A DNA stretch of 64,000 nt from Patescibacteria group bacterium (GTDB lineage: Bacteria > Patescibacteriota > Patescibacteriia > Buchananbacterales > UBA6539), in NCBI GenBank assembly GCA_041649675.1, contig JBAZMQ010000003.1, forward strand, positions 5,335 to 69,334. Reading direction: 5' to 3'. Of the stretch, positions 25,805 through 35,861 are shown piece after piece. The position numbers and the translations under genes were made by a program. Every line of letters begins with the position of its first letter. The first letter of the stretch is position 1. The notes below the pieces were generated by a model, which worked only from the letters and a program-made list of their open reading frames with translations, made no database searches and was not told the origin of the DNA.

Positions 25805-26357
25805 TTACTTCACCCGCTCCTTCTTCCTTAAACAAATCTTCTTTTTTAGGTTGGCGCATTGGTGAAGGTGAATTAGTTGTTTGATTATCTTTATTTAATT
25901 TTTGGAGATTATTGACAGCGCTTGTTGTTTTTTGGTTGGGAGTTTTAGTCTCAATCTGACCTAGCAAGCTTCTGGGGTCATGAGCTAAAGGATCTTTGCC
26001 CTGAGCCGCTTGCCAAGCTTCGTCAGAAATTATTCGGCGGTTTTCCGCGTCTGCTCGTTTCTTTTTTCTTTTTTTCTCCTCGGCTTCATTTTCAGCTAGC
26101 TGCCAGTAAGCGGCCTTGTTGATTGTCAGGGAAGGTGCCTTGGTTTGTTTTAATTTTCCTTGGCTCTGCAGATATTTGAAGGCTTTTATGGCTTGTTGTT
26201 TACTGACCATTCTATTGGTTACTGCTCCTCGGACATAGGAATTGGGCGCTTTTAATAGTGTTCTTTTAAAATCTTTAGGAAATAAACTTTTATTAGCCGC
26301 TTTGGCAAAAGCTTTTCTGATATTGGCTTGGGTGTATTTTGATGGTAGCGTCGCCAT
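25788..26357 (-). CDS. hypothetical Lys-rich low-complexity protein
   Basis: 189 aa. N-terminus MATLPSKYTQANIRKAF. The downstream partner has an internal MATNRLQGH. Confidence 0.4.
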   Translation of the reverse strand: MATLPSKYTQANIRKAFAKAANKSLFPKDFKRTLLKAPNSYVRGAVTNRMVSKQQAIKAFKYLQSQGKLKQTKAPSLTINKAAYWQLAENEAEEKKRKKKRADAENRRIISDEAWQAAQGKDPLAHDPRSLLGQIETKTPNQKTTSAVNNLQKLNKDNQTTNSPSPMRQPKKEDLFKEEGAGEVIEMDI

Positions 26358-26676
26358 ATTAATAGGTAGTAGTTAATTTATTATATTTTACCACAAATTT
26401 TGTTAAATTATAAGGACTATTGAACTCCGCACCTTGCAAATACGGTTAATTATTTATTTCATAAATCTGGGTTATATTGATGTAAAAAATGTTTATTACT
26501 TCACGCGGTAGGTAACAAAATAACGTCCATAAGGTGTGGGGGTTGATTAATTTTTACAAATATGTTAATATAGGATATACTTTTTTAGTAATTAATAATT
26601 TAACTAATTCCACCTCATAATTATGGGTATGAGGGCTTTGGACCAATAAAATCGGCCCAAGGCTAAGCAAAAAATT

Positions 26677-27882
26677 ATGACAAAAAACGAGACTAAAGTT
26701 GATCAAAATTCACTAGATAAATCAGTCTCTACCAATCAAACCTCCCAGTTTAGAAAAATGTTAGCTGAGGGGGATTTTATTAAAATACCTAAAGTCGGTG
26801 AGATCGTAAAAGGTAAAATAATTGATATCTCCCGTTCTGAAATCCGTTTGGATATTGAAGGTTTAACCACCGGTGTAGTTCGCGGCCGAGAATTTTACGA
26901 CGAAGCCAGTGAATATTCAAATCTTAAAGTCGGTGATGAAGTAGAAGCCACTGTTATTGAATTAGAGAATGAAAACGGTGAGATGGAACTTTCCTTGCGT
27001 TTTGCCGGCCACCAAAAAGTTTGGGGCAATTTGGATGATTTGCAAAGAAGCGGCCAAATTGTTAAAGCGGTCGTTACCGATGCCAACCGCGGTGGTTTAA
27101 TGGTAAAGGTTGGAAAAATTCCTGGATTTTTACCGGTTTCTCAATTAATGCCTGAACATTATCCTCGGGTTCCTGGCGGCGAAAAAGGCCGGATACTTGA
27201 ACGGTTAAAGAGTTACGTTGGCAAAGAGTTTGAAGTTAAAGTAATTGATGTTGATGAAGGTGAAGAAAAATTAATCGTTTCCGAAAAAGCCAGCTGGGAA
27301 GAAAAGCAAAAAGAAGTCATTGCCAGCTATAAAGTCGGTGATGTAGTTTCCGGTAAAGTTACAGCGGTTACTGATTTTGGGGTCTTTGTTGAATTTGGTG
27401 ATGATAAATTGGAAGGCTTGGTTCATATTTCTGAATTAGCCTGGCAACGTATTGATAATCCGTCTGACTTTGTAAAAGTCGGTGATGTTATCAAAGCCGA
27501 AATCATAAATGTTGAAGGTTCAAAAATATTTTTGTCCATGAAAAAACTTAAAGATGATCCCTGGAAGAATGTGACGGAAAAATATAATGTTGGTCAGGTA
27601 GTCAAAGGTAAGGTTTTGAAAGTTAATCCGTTTGGTTTGTTTGTTGAGCTTGATCCAGATATTCATGGTTTGGCTCACGTCTCCGAATTATCTGACAAAT
27701 CAATTGTTGATCCAAGAGAAATTGCCAAACCCGGTGACATGGTTGATTTCAAAATTCTTTCTTTGGAAGCTGCCAATCATCGTTTAGGCTTAAGCATCAA
27801 AGCCCTTAAAGAAAAAAATATCAAACCGGCTGAAAATGTTACTGCTGCGCCTACTGATGAAAAAGGAGCTTTGACTGAATAA
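26677..27882 (+). CDS. rpsA: 30S ribosomal protein S1 (short, four S1 domains)
   Basis: Repeated S1 motifs (G.IV.G.V..V.DFG.FV....GL.HISE). Confidence 0.85.
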   Translation: MTKNETKVDQNSLDKSVSTNQTSQFRKMLAEGDFIKIPKVGEIVKGKIIDISRSEIRLDIEGLTTGVVRGREFYDEASEYSNLKVGDEVEATVIELENENGEMELSLRFAGHQKVWGNLDDLQRSGQIVKAVVTDANRGGLMVKVGKIPGFLPVSQLMPEHYPRVPGGEKGRILERLKSYVGKEFEVKVIDVDEGEEKLIVSEKASWEEKQKEVIASYKVGDVVSGKVTAVTDFGVFVEFGDDKLEGLVHISELAWQRIDNPSDFVKVGDVIKAEIINVEGSKIFLSMKKLKDDPWKNVTEKYNVGQVVKGKVLKVNPFGLFVELDPDIHGLAHVSELSDKSIVDPREIAKPGDMVDFKILSLEAANHRLGLSIKALKEKNIKPAENVTAAPTDEKGALTE

Positions 27883-27968
27883 ATAATCAATAAAAATCAA
27901 CTTGATAAGATTGTCTAAAACGGGTATAATAGTAAAAGATTTACCCGTTTTAGATTTAAATTTAAACT

Positions 27969-29819
27969 ATGAAGAATTTGACAAAAAATTTCTTAATAAT
28001 ATTTTTAGTTTTTTTGGTTGTGGCCGGTCTTTTTAGCGTTTATCTTAATCCAGAGAAGGCAAAAACTCAGCTGGATATTACGGCGATGGTTGATAAAATT
28101 AACCAAGGCCAAATTAAATCAGCGGTCGTGGTTGATAATAATATTACTTTGACTTTGGCCGACAATTCCATCGCTGAGGTGCAAAAAGAACCGACTGAGT
28201 CGTTAGGTTCATTGCTGAAAAATTACAATGTTGATCCGGAAAAATTAAAACAAGTTAAAATTACAGTTGGTCAAAATTCAAGTTTAGAATTTTGGTTAGT
28301 AACCCTGTTGCCATTTATTATCCCGTTTTTATTTGTGGCCGGTTTTATTTATTTTATGATGCGCCAAGTTCAGGGAGCAAATAGTAAGGCAATGATGTTT
28401 GGTCAAAGTAAGGCCAGAGAAGTAGTGCCTCAAGACCAAAAAAATAAAATTACTTTTCGTGATGTAGCTGGCGTTAGAGAGGCCAAAGAAGAATTGACTG
28501 AGATTGTTGAATTTTTAAAAAATCCAAAAAAGTTTCTTAATTTAGGCGCCCGAATTCCTAAAGGTGTTTTATTAGTTGGTCCTCCGGGTACCGGTAAAAC
28601 TTTGTTAGCTAGGGCTGTGGCTGGTGAGGCCAATGTGCCTTTCTTTAGTATTTCCGGTTCGGAATTTGTTGAAATGTTTGTTGGCGTTGGTGCTTCTCGA
28701 GTTCGGGATTTATTCCGGAAAGCGAAAAAAAATTCGCCTTGTATTGTTTTTATTGATGAATTGGATGCCGTTGGCCGCCAACGCGGCGCTGGTTTGGGCG
28801 GTTCTAATGATGAACGGGAGCAGACTTTGAATCAAATTTTGGTGGAAATGGACGGTTTTGATGTTACGACTAATATTATTGTGATTGCCGCAACCAATCG
28901 GCCCGATATTTTGGACCTAGCTTTATTAAGACCAGGGCGTTTTGATCGGCGGGTGGTTTTGGATGCGCCCAATATTGATGACCGCGAAGCAATTTTGCAA
29001 GTTCATGCTCGTAAAAAACCATTAGCCAAAGAAGTTAATTTGAGAACCGTTGCCGAACGAACGCCAGGTTTTACCGGGGCCGACTTGAATAATCTTTTGA
29101 ATGAAGCTGCGATTTTAGCGGCCAGACGAAATAAAACAAAAGTTGATATGTCAGAAGTTTTAGAAAGTATTGAAAAGGTAATTTTAGGTCCGGAAAGAAA
29201 AAGTCATTTATTGTCAGAAGTTGAGAAAAAAATTACGGCTTACCATGAAGCTGGTCATGCTTTAGTTGCTCACCAATTGCCTCATTCTGATCCGGTACAA
29301 AAAGTTTCAATTGTTTCTCGCGGCCGGGCCGCTGGTTATACTTTGAAGATGCCAATGACTGATAAATATTTTCAGACTAAAGCTGAATTTACCGACGAAT
29401 TAGCGGTTTTGTTGGCTGGCTTTGTGACGGAAAAAGAAATTTTTAATGATATTTCTACCGGTGCTTCAAATGATCTTAAAGAAGCAACTAAATTAGCCCG
29501 TCGTTTGATTATGGAGTTTGGTATGAGTGATGCTTTGGGACCAAGAACTTTTGGCAAGAGAGAGGAACTGATATTTTTAGGTCGGGAGATTACTGAACAG
29601 CGTGATTATAGCGAAAAAATCGCCGAATTGATTGACGGCGAAATCAATAAGTTTATTGCCAACGCCGCTAAAACCGCTTCTGATATTATCAAGTCAATGC
29701 GGCCTAAGCTAGACGAAATTGCTTTGACTCTTTTAAAGAAAGAAACTTTAGAAAAGGAAGAATTTGAGGCAATCTTTGCCGATAAAAAAGTTGAGAAGAA
29801 AGAATCTCAAACAGCTTAA
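27969..29819 (+). CDS. ftsH: ATP-dependent zinc metalloprotease FtsH
   Basis: N-terminal TM helices, AAA Walker [18 protein letters not shown] zinc site. Confidence 0.95.
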   Translation: MKNLTKNFLIIFLVFLVVAGLFSVYLNPEKAKTQLDITAMVDKINQGQIKSAVVVDNNITLTLADNSIAEVQKEPTESLGSLLKNYNVDPEKLKQVKITVGQNSSLEFWLVTLLPFIIPFLFVAGFIYFMMRQVQGANSKAMMFGQSKAREVVPQDQKNKITFRDVAGVREAKEELTEIVEFLKNPKKFLNLGARIPKGVLLVGPPGTGKTLLARAVAGEANVPFFSISGSEFVEMFVGVGASRVRDLFRKAKKNSPCIVFIDELDAVGRQRGAGLGGSNDEREQTLNQILVEMDGFDVTTNIIVIAATNRPDILDLALLRPGRFDRRVVLDAPNIDDREAILQVHARKKPLAKEVNLRTVAERTPGFTGADLNNLLNEAAILAARRNKTKVDMSEVLESIEKVILGPERKSHLLSEVEKKITAYHEAGHALVAHQLPHSDPVQKVSIVSRGRAAGYTLKMPMTDKYFQTKAEFTDELAVLLAGFVTEKEIFNDISTGASNDLKEATKLARRLIMEFGMSDALGPRTFGKREELIFLGREITEQRDYSEKIAELIDGEINKFIANAAKTASDIIKSMRPKLDEIALTLLKKETLEKEEFEAIFADKKVEKKESQTA

Positions 29820-29839
29820 AAATATTTTATATAAATAAT

Positions 29840-30814
29840 ATGTACACCTATTGGCAAATTTTTAAACAAGCTTTTAAGATTGCCTGGGAAAATCCCCGAA
29901 TTTGGTTATTTGGTCTGTTTACTGCGATTTTAGGCAGCGCTGGTGGTTTGGAGCTATTAATGGGTGGTTATGGTTTTGGTGGCCAGGGAATCATTGTTTC
30001 CATAGCCCAAGGACTAATTGAAGGTGGTTTGTTCACGGTTGCTGGTTTTCATGGGTTTGTTAAAATTTTGTTTATTCATCCAATTTATCTATTTGTTGCC
30101 GTTCTTCTAGCCTTAGTATTTATTGGTATATCAATTTTTGTTTTGTGGTTTTCCTTGGTTTCTCAGTCAGCTTTAATTGGCCAGGCTGTTAGTATTAGCC
30201 GGAGCAAACCGTTAACTTGGCGCGCTAGTTTTGAATTAGGTCTAGCCAAGTTTTGGCGCGTGTTTTCCTTAAATCTTGTTGGTCAGGTGATTGTTTGGAT
30301 TCTGGTTGGCCTAGTTGGTTTAACGGTATTTTTTGATCCAAGCCGTCCAAGTTTAGTCATCGCTACTTTTTTCCTTGAGTCAGTAATTATTGCTGTGGCT
30401 TTTATCCTTTTGCTAATCTTATCGTTTATTGTTAAATTCGCCATCTGCGGAGTGGTTTTAAAAGATTGGCAATTGTCTACGGCGATTAAAGAAACATTTA
30501 AATTGTTTAAAAATAATTGGTTGCTTGGTATTGAAATTTCTACTGTCTTATTTCTCATTAATTTTATTGTCAGCGCCATAATGCTTTATTTGTTGTCCTG
30601 GCTTTTGTTTTTCTTTTTGAAGTTGTATGCTGCTTTCTACTTCGGTCTAGTTTTCATTTTTTTGGTGCTCTTGGCAATATTTTTGATCACCCAAATCATT
30701 TTAGTAATTTTTCATTGGTCAACTTGGTCAATTATCTTTGAGCTTTTGTCAACCAAAAAACCAGTCTTGCGTAGTTTTATCTCCAGAGTTTTTTCCAAGG
30801 TCTCAAGCCAATAA
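29840..30814 (+). CDS. hypothetical polytopic membrane protein
   Basis: Multiple predicted TM helices. No motif. Confidence 0.5.
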   Translation: MYTYWQIFKQAFKIAWENPRIWLFGLFTAILGSAGGLELLMGGYGFGGQGIIVSIAQGLIEGGLFTVAGFHGFVKILFIHPIYLFVAVLLALVFIGISIFVLWFSLVSQSALIGQAVSISRSKPLTWRASFELGLAKFWRVFSLNLVGQVIVWILVGLVGLTVFFDPSRPSLVIATFFLESVIIAVAFILLLILSFIVKFAICGVVLKDWQLSTAIKETFKLFKNNWLLGIEISTVLFLINFIVSAIMLYLLSWLLFFFLKLYAAFYFGLVFIFLVLLAIFLITQIILVIFHWSTWSIIFELLSTKKPVLRSFISRVFSKVSSQ

Positions 30815-30835
30815 TCGTTTAATCCCATCAATATA

Positions 30836-30868
30836 AAACCAGCTCCGCTTTTGCGGGGTTGATTTTTT
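30836..30868 (+). terminator. probable rho-independent terminator
   Basis: aaccagctccgcttttgcggggttgatttttt. Imperfect hairpin plus T-run. Confidence 0.45.
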
Positions 30869-30927
30869 ATATCTAACTTGTCAGTAAGCCCAAAAGAAAT
30901 TATAATTAAAGAGAAGGTAAACTAATT

Positions 30928-32664
30928 ATGCCAAACGACGATCAATTAATTCGAGAAATTTTAGCCAGCAAAAAGCCAAAGATTGCCACTGAAGAAGTTG
31001 CTGGCAAATTTGTTGATAAAATGAAAAGCATTGGCGCTAAAGAAAAAGAGCGCGAGGCTCAGGTTAATGCGTCAATGACTGGTTTTCAATACATTGATTT
31101 GAAAGGTTTTCCCATTAGCGCTGAAACCATCAGCCTAATTTCCGAAGAGCAATCAAAAGAGTTACAGGCAATCTGTTTTTTTGTCGGTCCAAACGATATT
31201 CGGATTGGTGCCGTTGATCCGACCAATGAAAAACTTCAAGGCATAATTGCCAAATTGGCTAAAGAATATCGGGCGGAAGTCGGAGTTTATCTTATTTCTC
31301 AAAATAGTTATAATTTTGCTTTTCAGCTTTATCGGACAATCCCTAAAATCAGACGATTTGTCGGCGGTGTTGAGATTACCGAGGATGATATCAAAAAATA
31401 TGAAAAGGAAATTTTGACTTTCAAAGATTTGGATGAAAAACTAAAAGAGATTTCAATCACTGACATGTTAACCTTGGTTATTGCCGCGGCGATTAAATCA
31501 CGTTCATCCGATATTCATATTGAAGCCGAAGAAAAAGGGATTAAAGTTAGGTTTAGAATTGATGGTATTTTGCACGATGCGGCTAATTTGGACGTTAAAG
31601 TTTGGTCACAAGTGATAGCTAGGATTAAATTAGTTTCTAAGTTGAAAATCAATATTGAAGACCGGCCGCAGGATGGTCGTTTTACTATTTTTATGGCTCA
31701 CGAAAAAATTGATGTTCGTGTTTCTTGTTTGCCCACTGCTTATGGCGAAAGTGTAGTTATGCGTTTGTTAATGTCTTCAGCTGTCGGCGTAGCCTTTGAA
31801 GATTTAGGCCTGCGGGGAAAACCTTTTGAAGCTTTAAGGTTAGAAATTGAAAAACCAAATGGTATGGTAGTAACAACCGGACCGACCGGTTCAGGTAAAA
31901 CCACTACTTTGTATGCGGTTTTAAATAAACTTAATAACCCGGGAACAAAAATTATCACTATTGAAGACCCGATTGAATACAAATTAGCCGGTATCAACCA
32001 AAGCCAGGTTGATTATAGTAAAAGTTATACTTTTGCTAATGGTTTACGGTCAATCTTACGGCAGGATCCGGATATCGTGATGGTTGGTGAAGTCCGGGAT
32101 TTAGAAACCGCCGAAATTGCGATTAATGCGGCTTTGACTGGTCATTTGGTTATTACCACTTTGCATACTAATGATGCGGCTGGCACTATCCCCCGTTTTC
32201 TGTCAATGCAAGTCAAACCCTTTTTGTTAGCGCCAGCGATTAACGCCATGATTGGCCAGCGTTTAGTTAGAAAAATTTGTCAAAATTGTAAACAAGAAAC
32301 TGAATTGGATAATAAAATAATGTCACGGGTAATGAAAATTTTATCTGAGATTCCCGAGGCGTCCGGTTTTAGAATTTCCAACGAAGAATTGAAAAAACTA
32401 AAATTTTACAAAGGTGGCGGCTGTGAACAATGTCAGGGTTTGGGCTATAAAGGCCGAATCGGTATTTTTGAAATTATGACCATGAATAAGGAAGTGGAAA
32501 AGTTGATTTTGACTAGCCAGGTTTCGGAGTATGACATGCGGGCTATTGGTATTAAAAATGGCATGATTACTATGATTCAAGACGGGCTATTGAAAGCCAT
32601 TGATGGCATTACCACTGCCGATGAAGTCTTTCGGGTGGCCAAAGACGTTAGTGCTGAATTATAA
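30928..32664 (+). CDS. pilB: type II/IV secretion system ATPase (PilB/GspE family)
   Basis: Walker A GPTGSGKTTT, IEDPIEY, tetracysteine C-terminal motif (CxxC...CEQC). Confidence 0.9.
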   Translation: MPNDDQLIREILASKKPKIATEEVAGKFVDKMKSIGAKEKEREAQVNASMTGFQYIDLKGFPISAETISLISEEQSKELQAICFFVGPNDIRIGAVDPTNEKLQGIIAKLAKEYRAEVGVYLISQNSYNFAFQLYRTIPKIRRFVGGVEITEDDIKKYEKEILTFKDLDEKLKEISITDMLTLVIAAAIKSRSSDIHIEAEEKGIKVRFRIDGILHDAANLDVKVWSQVIARIKLVSKLKINIEDRPQDGRFTIFMAHEKIDVRVSCLPTAYGESVVMRLLMSSAVGVAFEDLGLRGKPFEALRLEIEKPNGMVVTTGPTGSGKTTTLYAVLNKLNNPGTKIITIEDPIEYKLAGINQSQVDYSKSYTFANGLRSILRQDPDIVMVGEVRDLETAEIAINAALTGHLVITTLHTNDAAGTIPRFLSMQVKPFLLAPAINAMIGQRLVRKICQNCKQETELDNKIMSRVMKILSEIPEASGFRISNEELKKLKFYKGGGCEQCQGLGYKGRIGIFEIMTMNKEVEKLILTSQVSEYDMRAIGIKNGMITMIQDGLLKAIDGITTADEVFRVAKDVSAEL

Positions 32665-32673
32665 TTTTTATTA

Positions 32674-32702
32674 CAAAAAAGCCGGTTTGATCCGGTTTTT
32701 AT
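32674..32702 (+). terminator. rho-independent terminator (aaaaaagccgg-tttgat-ccggttttt)
   Basis: Perfect hairpin plus T-run after pilB. Confidence 0.7.
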
Positions 32703-32768
32703 TATTGAAAAATATTATAGCGATTTAGAACGGTTATAGTTGGTATAGACCAACAGGATTTTGTTTAG

Positions 32769-33374
32769 TTATTTTTTTTCGGTAGTTTTTTGGTAATTTT
32801 GATCGTTGTCAATTAGTCCTTCAATCAGCTCTCGTAAAAAATCAGCCTTGGAAAGTTTGGTATTTTGAGTTTTGTATTGTAAATAACGTTCAATCCTGGA
32901 ATTTATCCGCAAAGTGAATTTAATCGTTGGCGATTCTTTGCCATCACTAGTTTCAATTTTTTGCAGAAATTTAGCCAATGTTATCTCCAGGGTTTTTTCG
33001 GTGTAATATTCTAAATTCAAAAGATGAGAAGTATTTTTATCTTTTTGCAGCTGAACTAGATTTTTATTAATCAATCGGCCTTTTTGGCAAAGGTAAAGGA
33101 TTGGTTTATGATAAGCCAAGGCAATGGCAATCAAATAACCGCTTTCCGAAAGGGGTTTGGTGCCTTCAATAATTAATGCATCCATTTGGTTTAGCATTGC
33201 CTCTCCAGTTTGTTCAATTCGTTCCAAGTCCTGAGTGGAAAAGCCGGCTAAATTGGGGGCGGCTAAATTACTCATCACTAAAACGCCGGAGTCATTTAAA
33301 ATATCAATGATTCTCAAAAATGTTTTTTGTAATCTGTCTTCGGCTTGATTGTCGGCGGTAAAATATAAGCGCAT
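32769..33374 (-). CDS. nucleoside 2-deoxyribosyltransferase-like (NDT-fold) domain protein with a C-terminal extension
   Basis: MRLYFTADNQ...DALIIEGTKPLSESGYLIAIALAYHKPILYL resembles the NDT-like Rossmann fold. The C-terminal 70 aa are unassigned. Confidence 0.4.
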   Translation of the reverse strand: MRLYFTADNQAEDRLQKTFLRIIDILNDSGVLVMSNLAAPNLAGFSTQDLERIEQTGEAMLNQMDALIIEGTKPLSESGYLIAIALAYHKPILYLCQKGRLINKNLVQLQKDKNTSHLLNLEYYTEKTLEITLAKFLQKIETSDGKESPTIKFTLRINSRIERYLQYKTQNTKLSKADFLRELIEGLIDNDQNYQKTTEKK

Positions 33375-33376
33375 AG

Positions 33377-34333
33377 TTAATTTTGGTGAATAATTTCTCC
33401 AGCAATATTTTTATTCATCAATTCCTTAATCCCTTTGTTGTTTTTAGTTTGGGTCAAAACCCACAAAAATTTAGTCAGGGCTGATGGCCAAGTCATGCTA
33501 TTGATTAATAAAATATTTTTTGGCAAAAACTCTGGGTTAGAAATATTTTTACTCCAAATAACTATTGGTAATCCTGATTTACCTAAAAGTTCAATCAAAT
33601 CAGTTGGTAAATTTTGGTAAGCTTCGGCATTAACCGCTATTCCTTCACAGCCCTCAATTTGATTTGCGATTTTTTTCAGATTAATTAATGGGCCGACAGT
33701 AATAACTTCAACTTTTTCCGCTAAGCTGGTGTAAAATTTGGTTTTTTCTTTGGCCGAACCTGTTTTAGAAAAAGTCCGGATACTAAAATCAATCCGGCCC
33801 AGCAAGCTGGGGACATTAATTGGAGTAGCAAAAACATTTAGCGATCCTTCAGTGTTTGATTTGAGCGCCTGATTGGCTTTAATTAAGCGATTACCAAACA
33901 TTACCGAAACGCCAGCTATTTGGTGGTTAACTGCCTGGTAAGAATTAATTAGGTTAGCTCTGATTTCTGTTTTTTTAACACTGGGTTTGTTTGACTGAAC
34001 GCCGGTAAAAACTATTGGCTTAGTTAAATTTTGTAGCAAAAAAGACAGAGCGCAGCTGGTATAGAGTAAATTATCAACGCTATGTAAAATTACAAAACCA
34101 TCGGTTTGGTTAAACCTTTGCTGAATTTCTTTTGCTAATTTTAACCAAATTTTTGGCGTGATATCTGCCGACGGTTGGTTAAAAATCAAAACCGGTTTAA
34201 CGTCAGCCAAGATATTGAGTTCCGGCATTTGTTCCAGCCAGTCTTGCTGTTTTAGGTTAGTTGACTGGTTGCAAATCATTAAATAAATTTTTTTTCGATC
34301 ATTATCCATAATGTTTTTAAGCGCCGTCACCAA
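33377..34333 (-). CDS. L-asparaginase-like protein with degenerate catalytic motifs
   Basis: VILHSVDNLLYTSCALSFLL..KPIVFTGVQ aligns with the asparaginase VITHGTDTMEETA...KPVV.TGA region, but HGTDT is HSVDN. The N-terminal TGGT motif is replaced by CNQS. Confidence 0.55.
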   Translation of the reverse strand: MVTALKNIMDNDRKKIYLMICNQSTNLKQQDWLEQMPELNILADVKPVLIFNQPSADITPKIWLKLAKEIQQRFNQTDGFVILHSVDNLLYTSCALSFLLQNLTKPIVFTGVQSNKPSVKKTEIRANLINSYQAVNHQIAGVSVMFGNRLIKANQALKSNTEGSLNVFATPINVPSLLGRIDFSIRTFSKTGSAKEKTKFYTSLAEKVEVITVGPLINLKKIANQIEGCEGIAVNAEAYQNLPTDLIELLGKSGLPIVIWSKNISNPEFLPKNILLINSMTWPSALTKFLWVLTQTKNNKGIKELMNKNIAGEIIHQN

Positions 34334-34408
34334 GTGACAGCCGTCCCTTTTATTTTAAGCCCTTGTTAATAAAAAAACAAGTCTCCTGCCTGGGTTTGTT
34401 TGAAGCTT

Positions 34409-34642
34409 TTATTCGTTAATTTGGACTATCTGGCCAAGCATTTTTTTGCCATTGGGCAAAATCAATTCAAAACTTTCACCGGTTTGTCGGCCCAAGGTTG
34501 CTTGGCCAATTGGTGATAAATGAGAAATCTTTCCATTTTTTGGATTAGTATCGGTTGAATCAACAATTTCTAATTCTTTAATTTCACCATTAAGGTTAAT
34601 CTTAATTTTACTGCCGATACTAATTGTTTTTTGGTCATTCAT
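34409..34642 (-). CDS. GreA/GreB C-terminal-domain-only protein
   Basis: ISHLSPIGQATLGRQTGESFELILPNG..MLGQIVQI matches the FKBP-like C-terminal domain of Gre factors. 77 aa. No N-terminal coiled coil. Confidence 0.55.
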   Translation of the reverse strand: MNDQKTISIGSKIKINLNGEIKELEIVDSTDTNPKNGKISHLSPIGQATLGRQTGESFELILPNGKKMLGQIVQINE

Positions 34643-34939
34643 ATTAAAAAGAAAAACCCTTTGTTAGGGTTTTTCTTAAGATATTGGGGGGTGAAAAATA
34701 GGAGTAAAAAACTGTGCTTTTTTCAGAAAAGCGATTGGCGCTTAAGGAATTATTTTTTGCCATAAATAAGGCCATGAAATTTTTGCCCCTACTGTTCATT
34801 TTTAGCATAATTTTTTCCCAGTTTAGTGTCAATTAGTTTTAGAGGATAAGCTGTGAAAAAAATGGGGACAAGTAATTTTTTAAAGTTAAATATTAAAAAA
34901 AGGCTACCTAGGAAACATAGGTAACCGTACTACATTGTA

Positions 34940-35700
34940 CATTACTCCCCAAAGAGGAGCTTCGTTGTGACCTTTGACTGGCCAAAGGGTTTTTCGTATT
35001 CGTGCACTTCGGAAATTACCCAAATCTTTATGCATTATAATTTTGACCCTAGGCCGAAAGGTCTTGTTGCTACTGTTTCAGTAAATAAAGGGGGTGCCCA
35101 AGATGCTTGGGCAGGAACAACTACTGCTAATTTTCCTCCGTCTGCACCGTGCAGATTTTCCCTTTTGATTCACAAAGCTTTCAGAAAGTTTTTTAATGCC
35201 AAACTCCGTAGCTTGGCATACTCTCGCGTAATGGCTAGAGGGAATAAGACCGGAAATATTCCGGTGAGTCACCTGTTAAGGTAACAGCCTGCCGCCTTTG
35301 TTAGCGGCTAGATTCATACAGCCATATATTGGCCTCCTGTATGCGCCGCTTCTAGATTTCGCCTAACCTTTGTTCCTCGGGGGTTAGAAGAAGATCGAGA
35401 AAGCGGCTGTTGCTTCGTTGCCGGCGCTACCTGTTCGGGCCAGCGTCTCCGCCTTATTTCCATGGCTGCCAAAATCCGGGCTGCCGAGAATCAGGGAAAT
35501 CATCCCTGGTTGGCCACGAGTGGCCGTCATTGATCCATTCATACTGAGTTTCCTCCATGTCATGTGGCTTGGTCACATTGGCTCGCGTTTCTTAGAATCT
35601 GCTAATTTGCTTTGGACGAGGCTCTTTAAGGCGGTTGTTTCCGGATGTACCTGCCGGGCAAGTACATCACTACGGCCTGAGAGTTAGTTACTCGTTTAGA
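34940..35700. other. GC-rich non-coding island, candidate structured RNA, identity unresolved
   Basis: About 760 nt with GC far above the flanks. Only short ORFs without RBS. Many local hairpins (tgcccaag-atgc-ttgggca, ccggaaatattccgg). ccaaaatccgggctgcc loosely resembles the RNase P RNA P4 5' strand. Confidence 0.25.
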
Positions 35701-35861
35701 ATTGGGCAAATGCAAATCCTGTTCTTTTGATATTCAAGCTTTCTGCAACCTGATAATATTTATATTAGAACACTAGTTTAAATTTAGCAATATCGGGGTG
35801 TTAATAAAAAAATAGGGGCGCATTAGCGTCCCTTATAGAGAATTTTGTAAATTTTTAGAAT

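Noticed and set aside
35440-35600. 5S rRNA or tmRNA in the GC-rich island
   Set aside because: Only a weak resemblance (ggaaactcagtatgaa versus the 5S ccgaactcagaagtgaa). No tmRNA tag reading frame or tRNA-like 3' end found. Left as an unresolved structured RNA.
34967-35687. ORFs of 105, 89 and 64 aa inside the GC-rich island
   Set aside because: No RBS, no recognisable motifs, overlapping frames on both strands. GC-rich structured sequence is more consistent with non-coding RNA.
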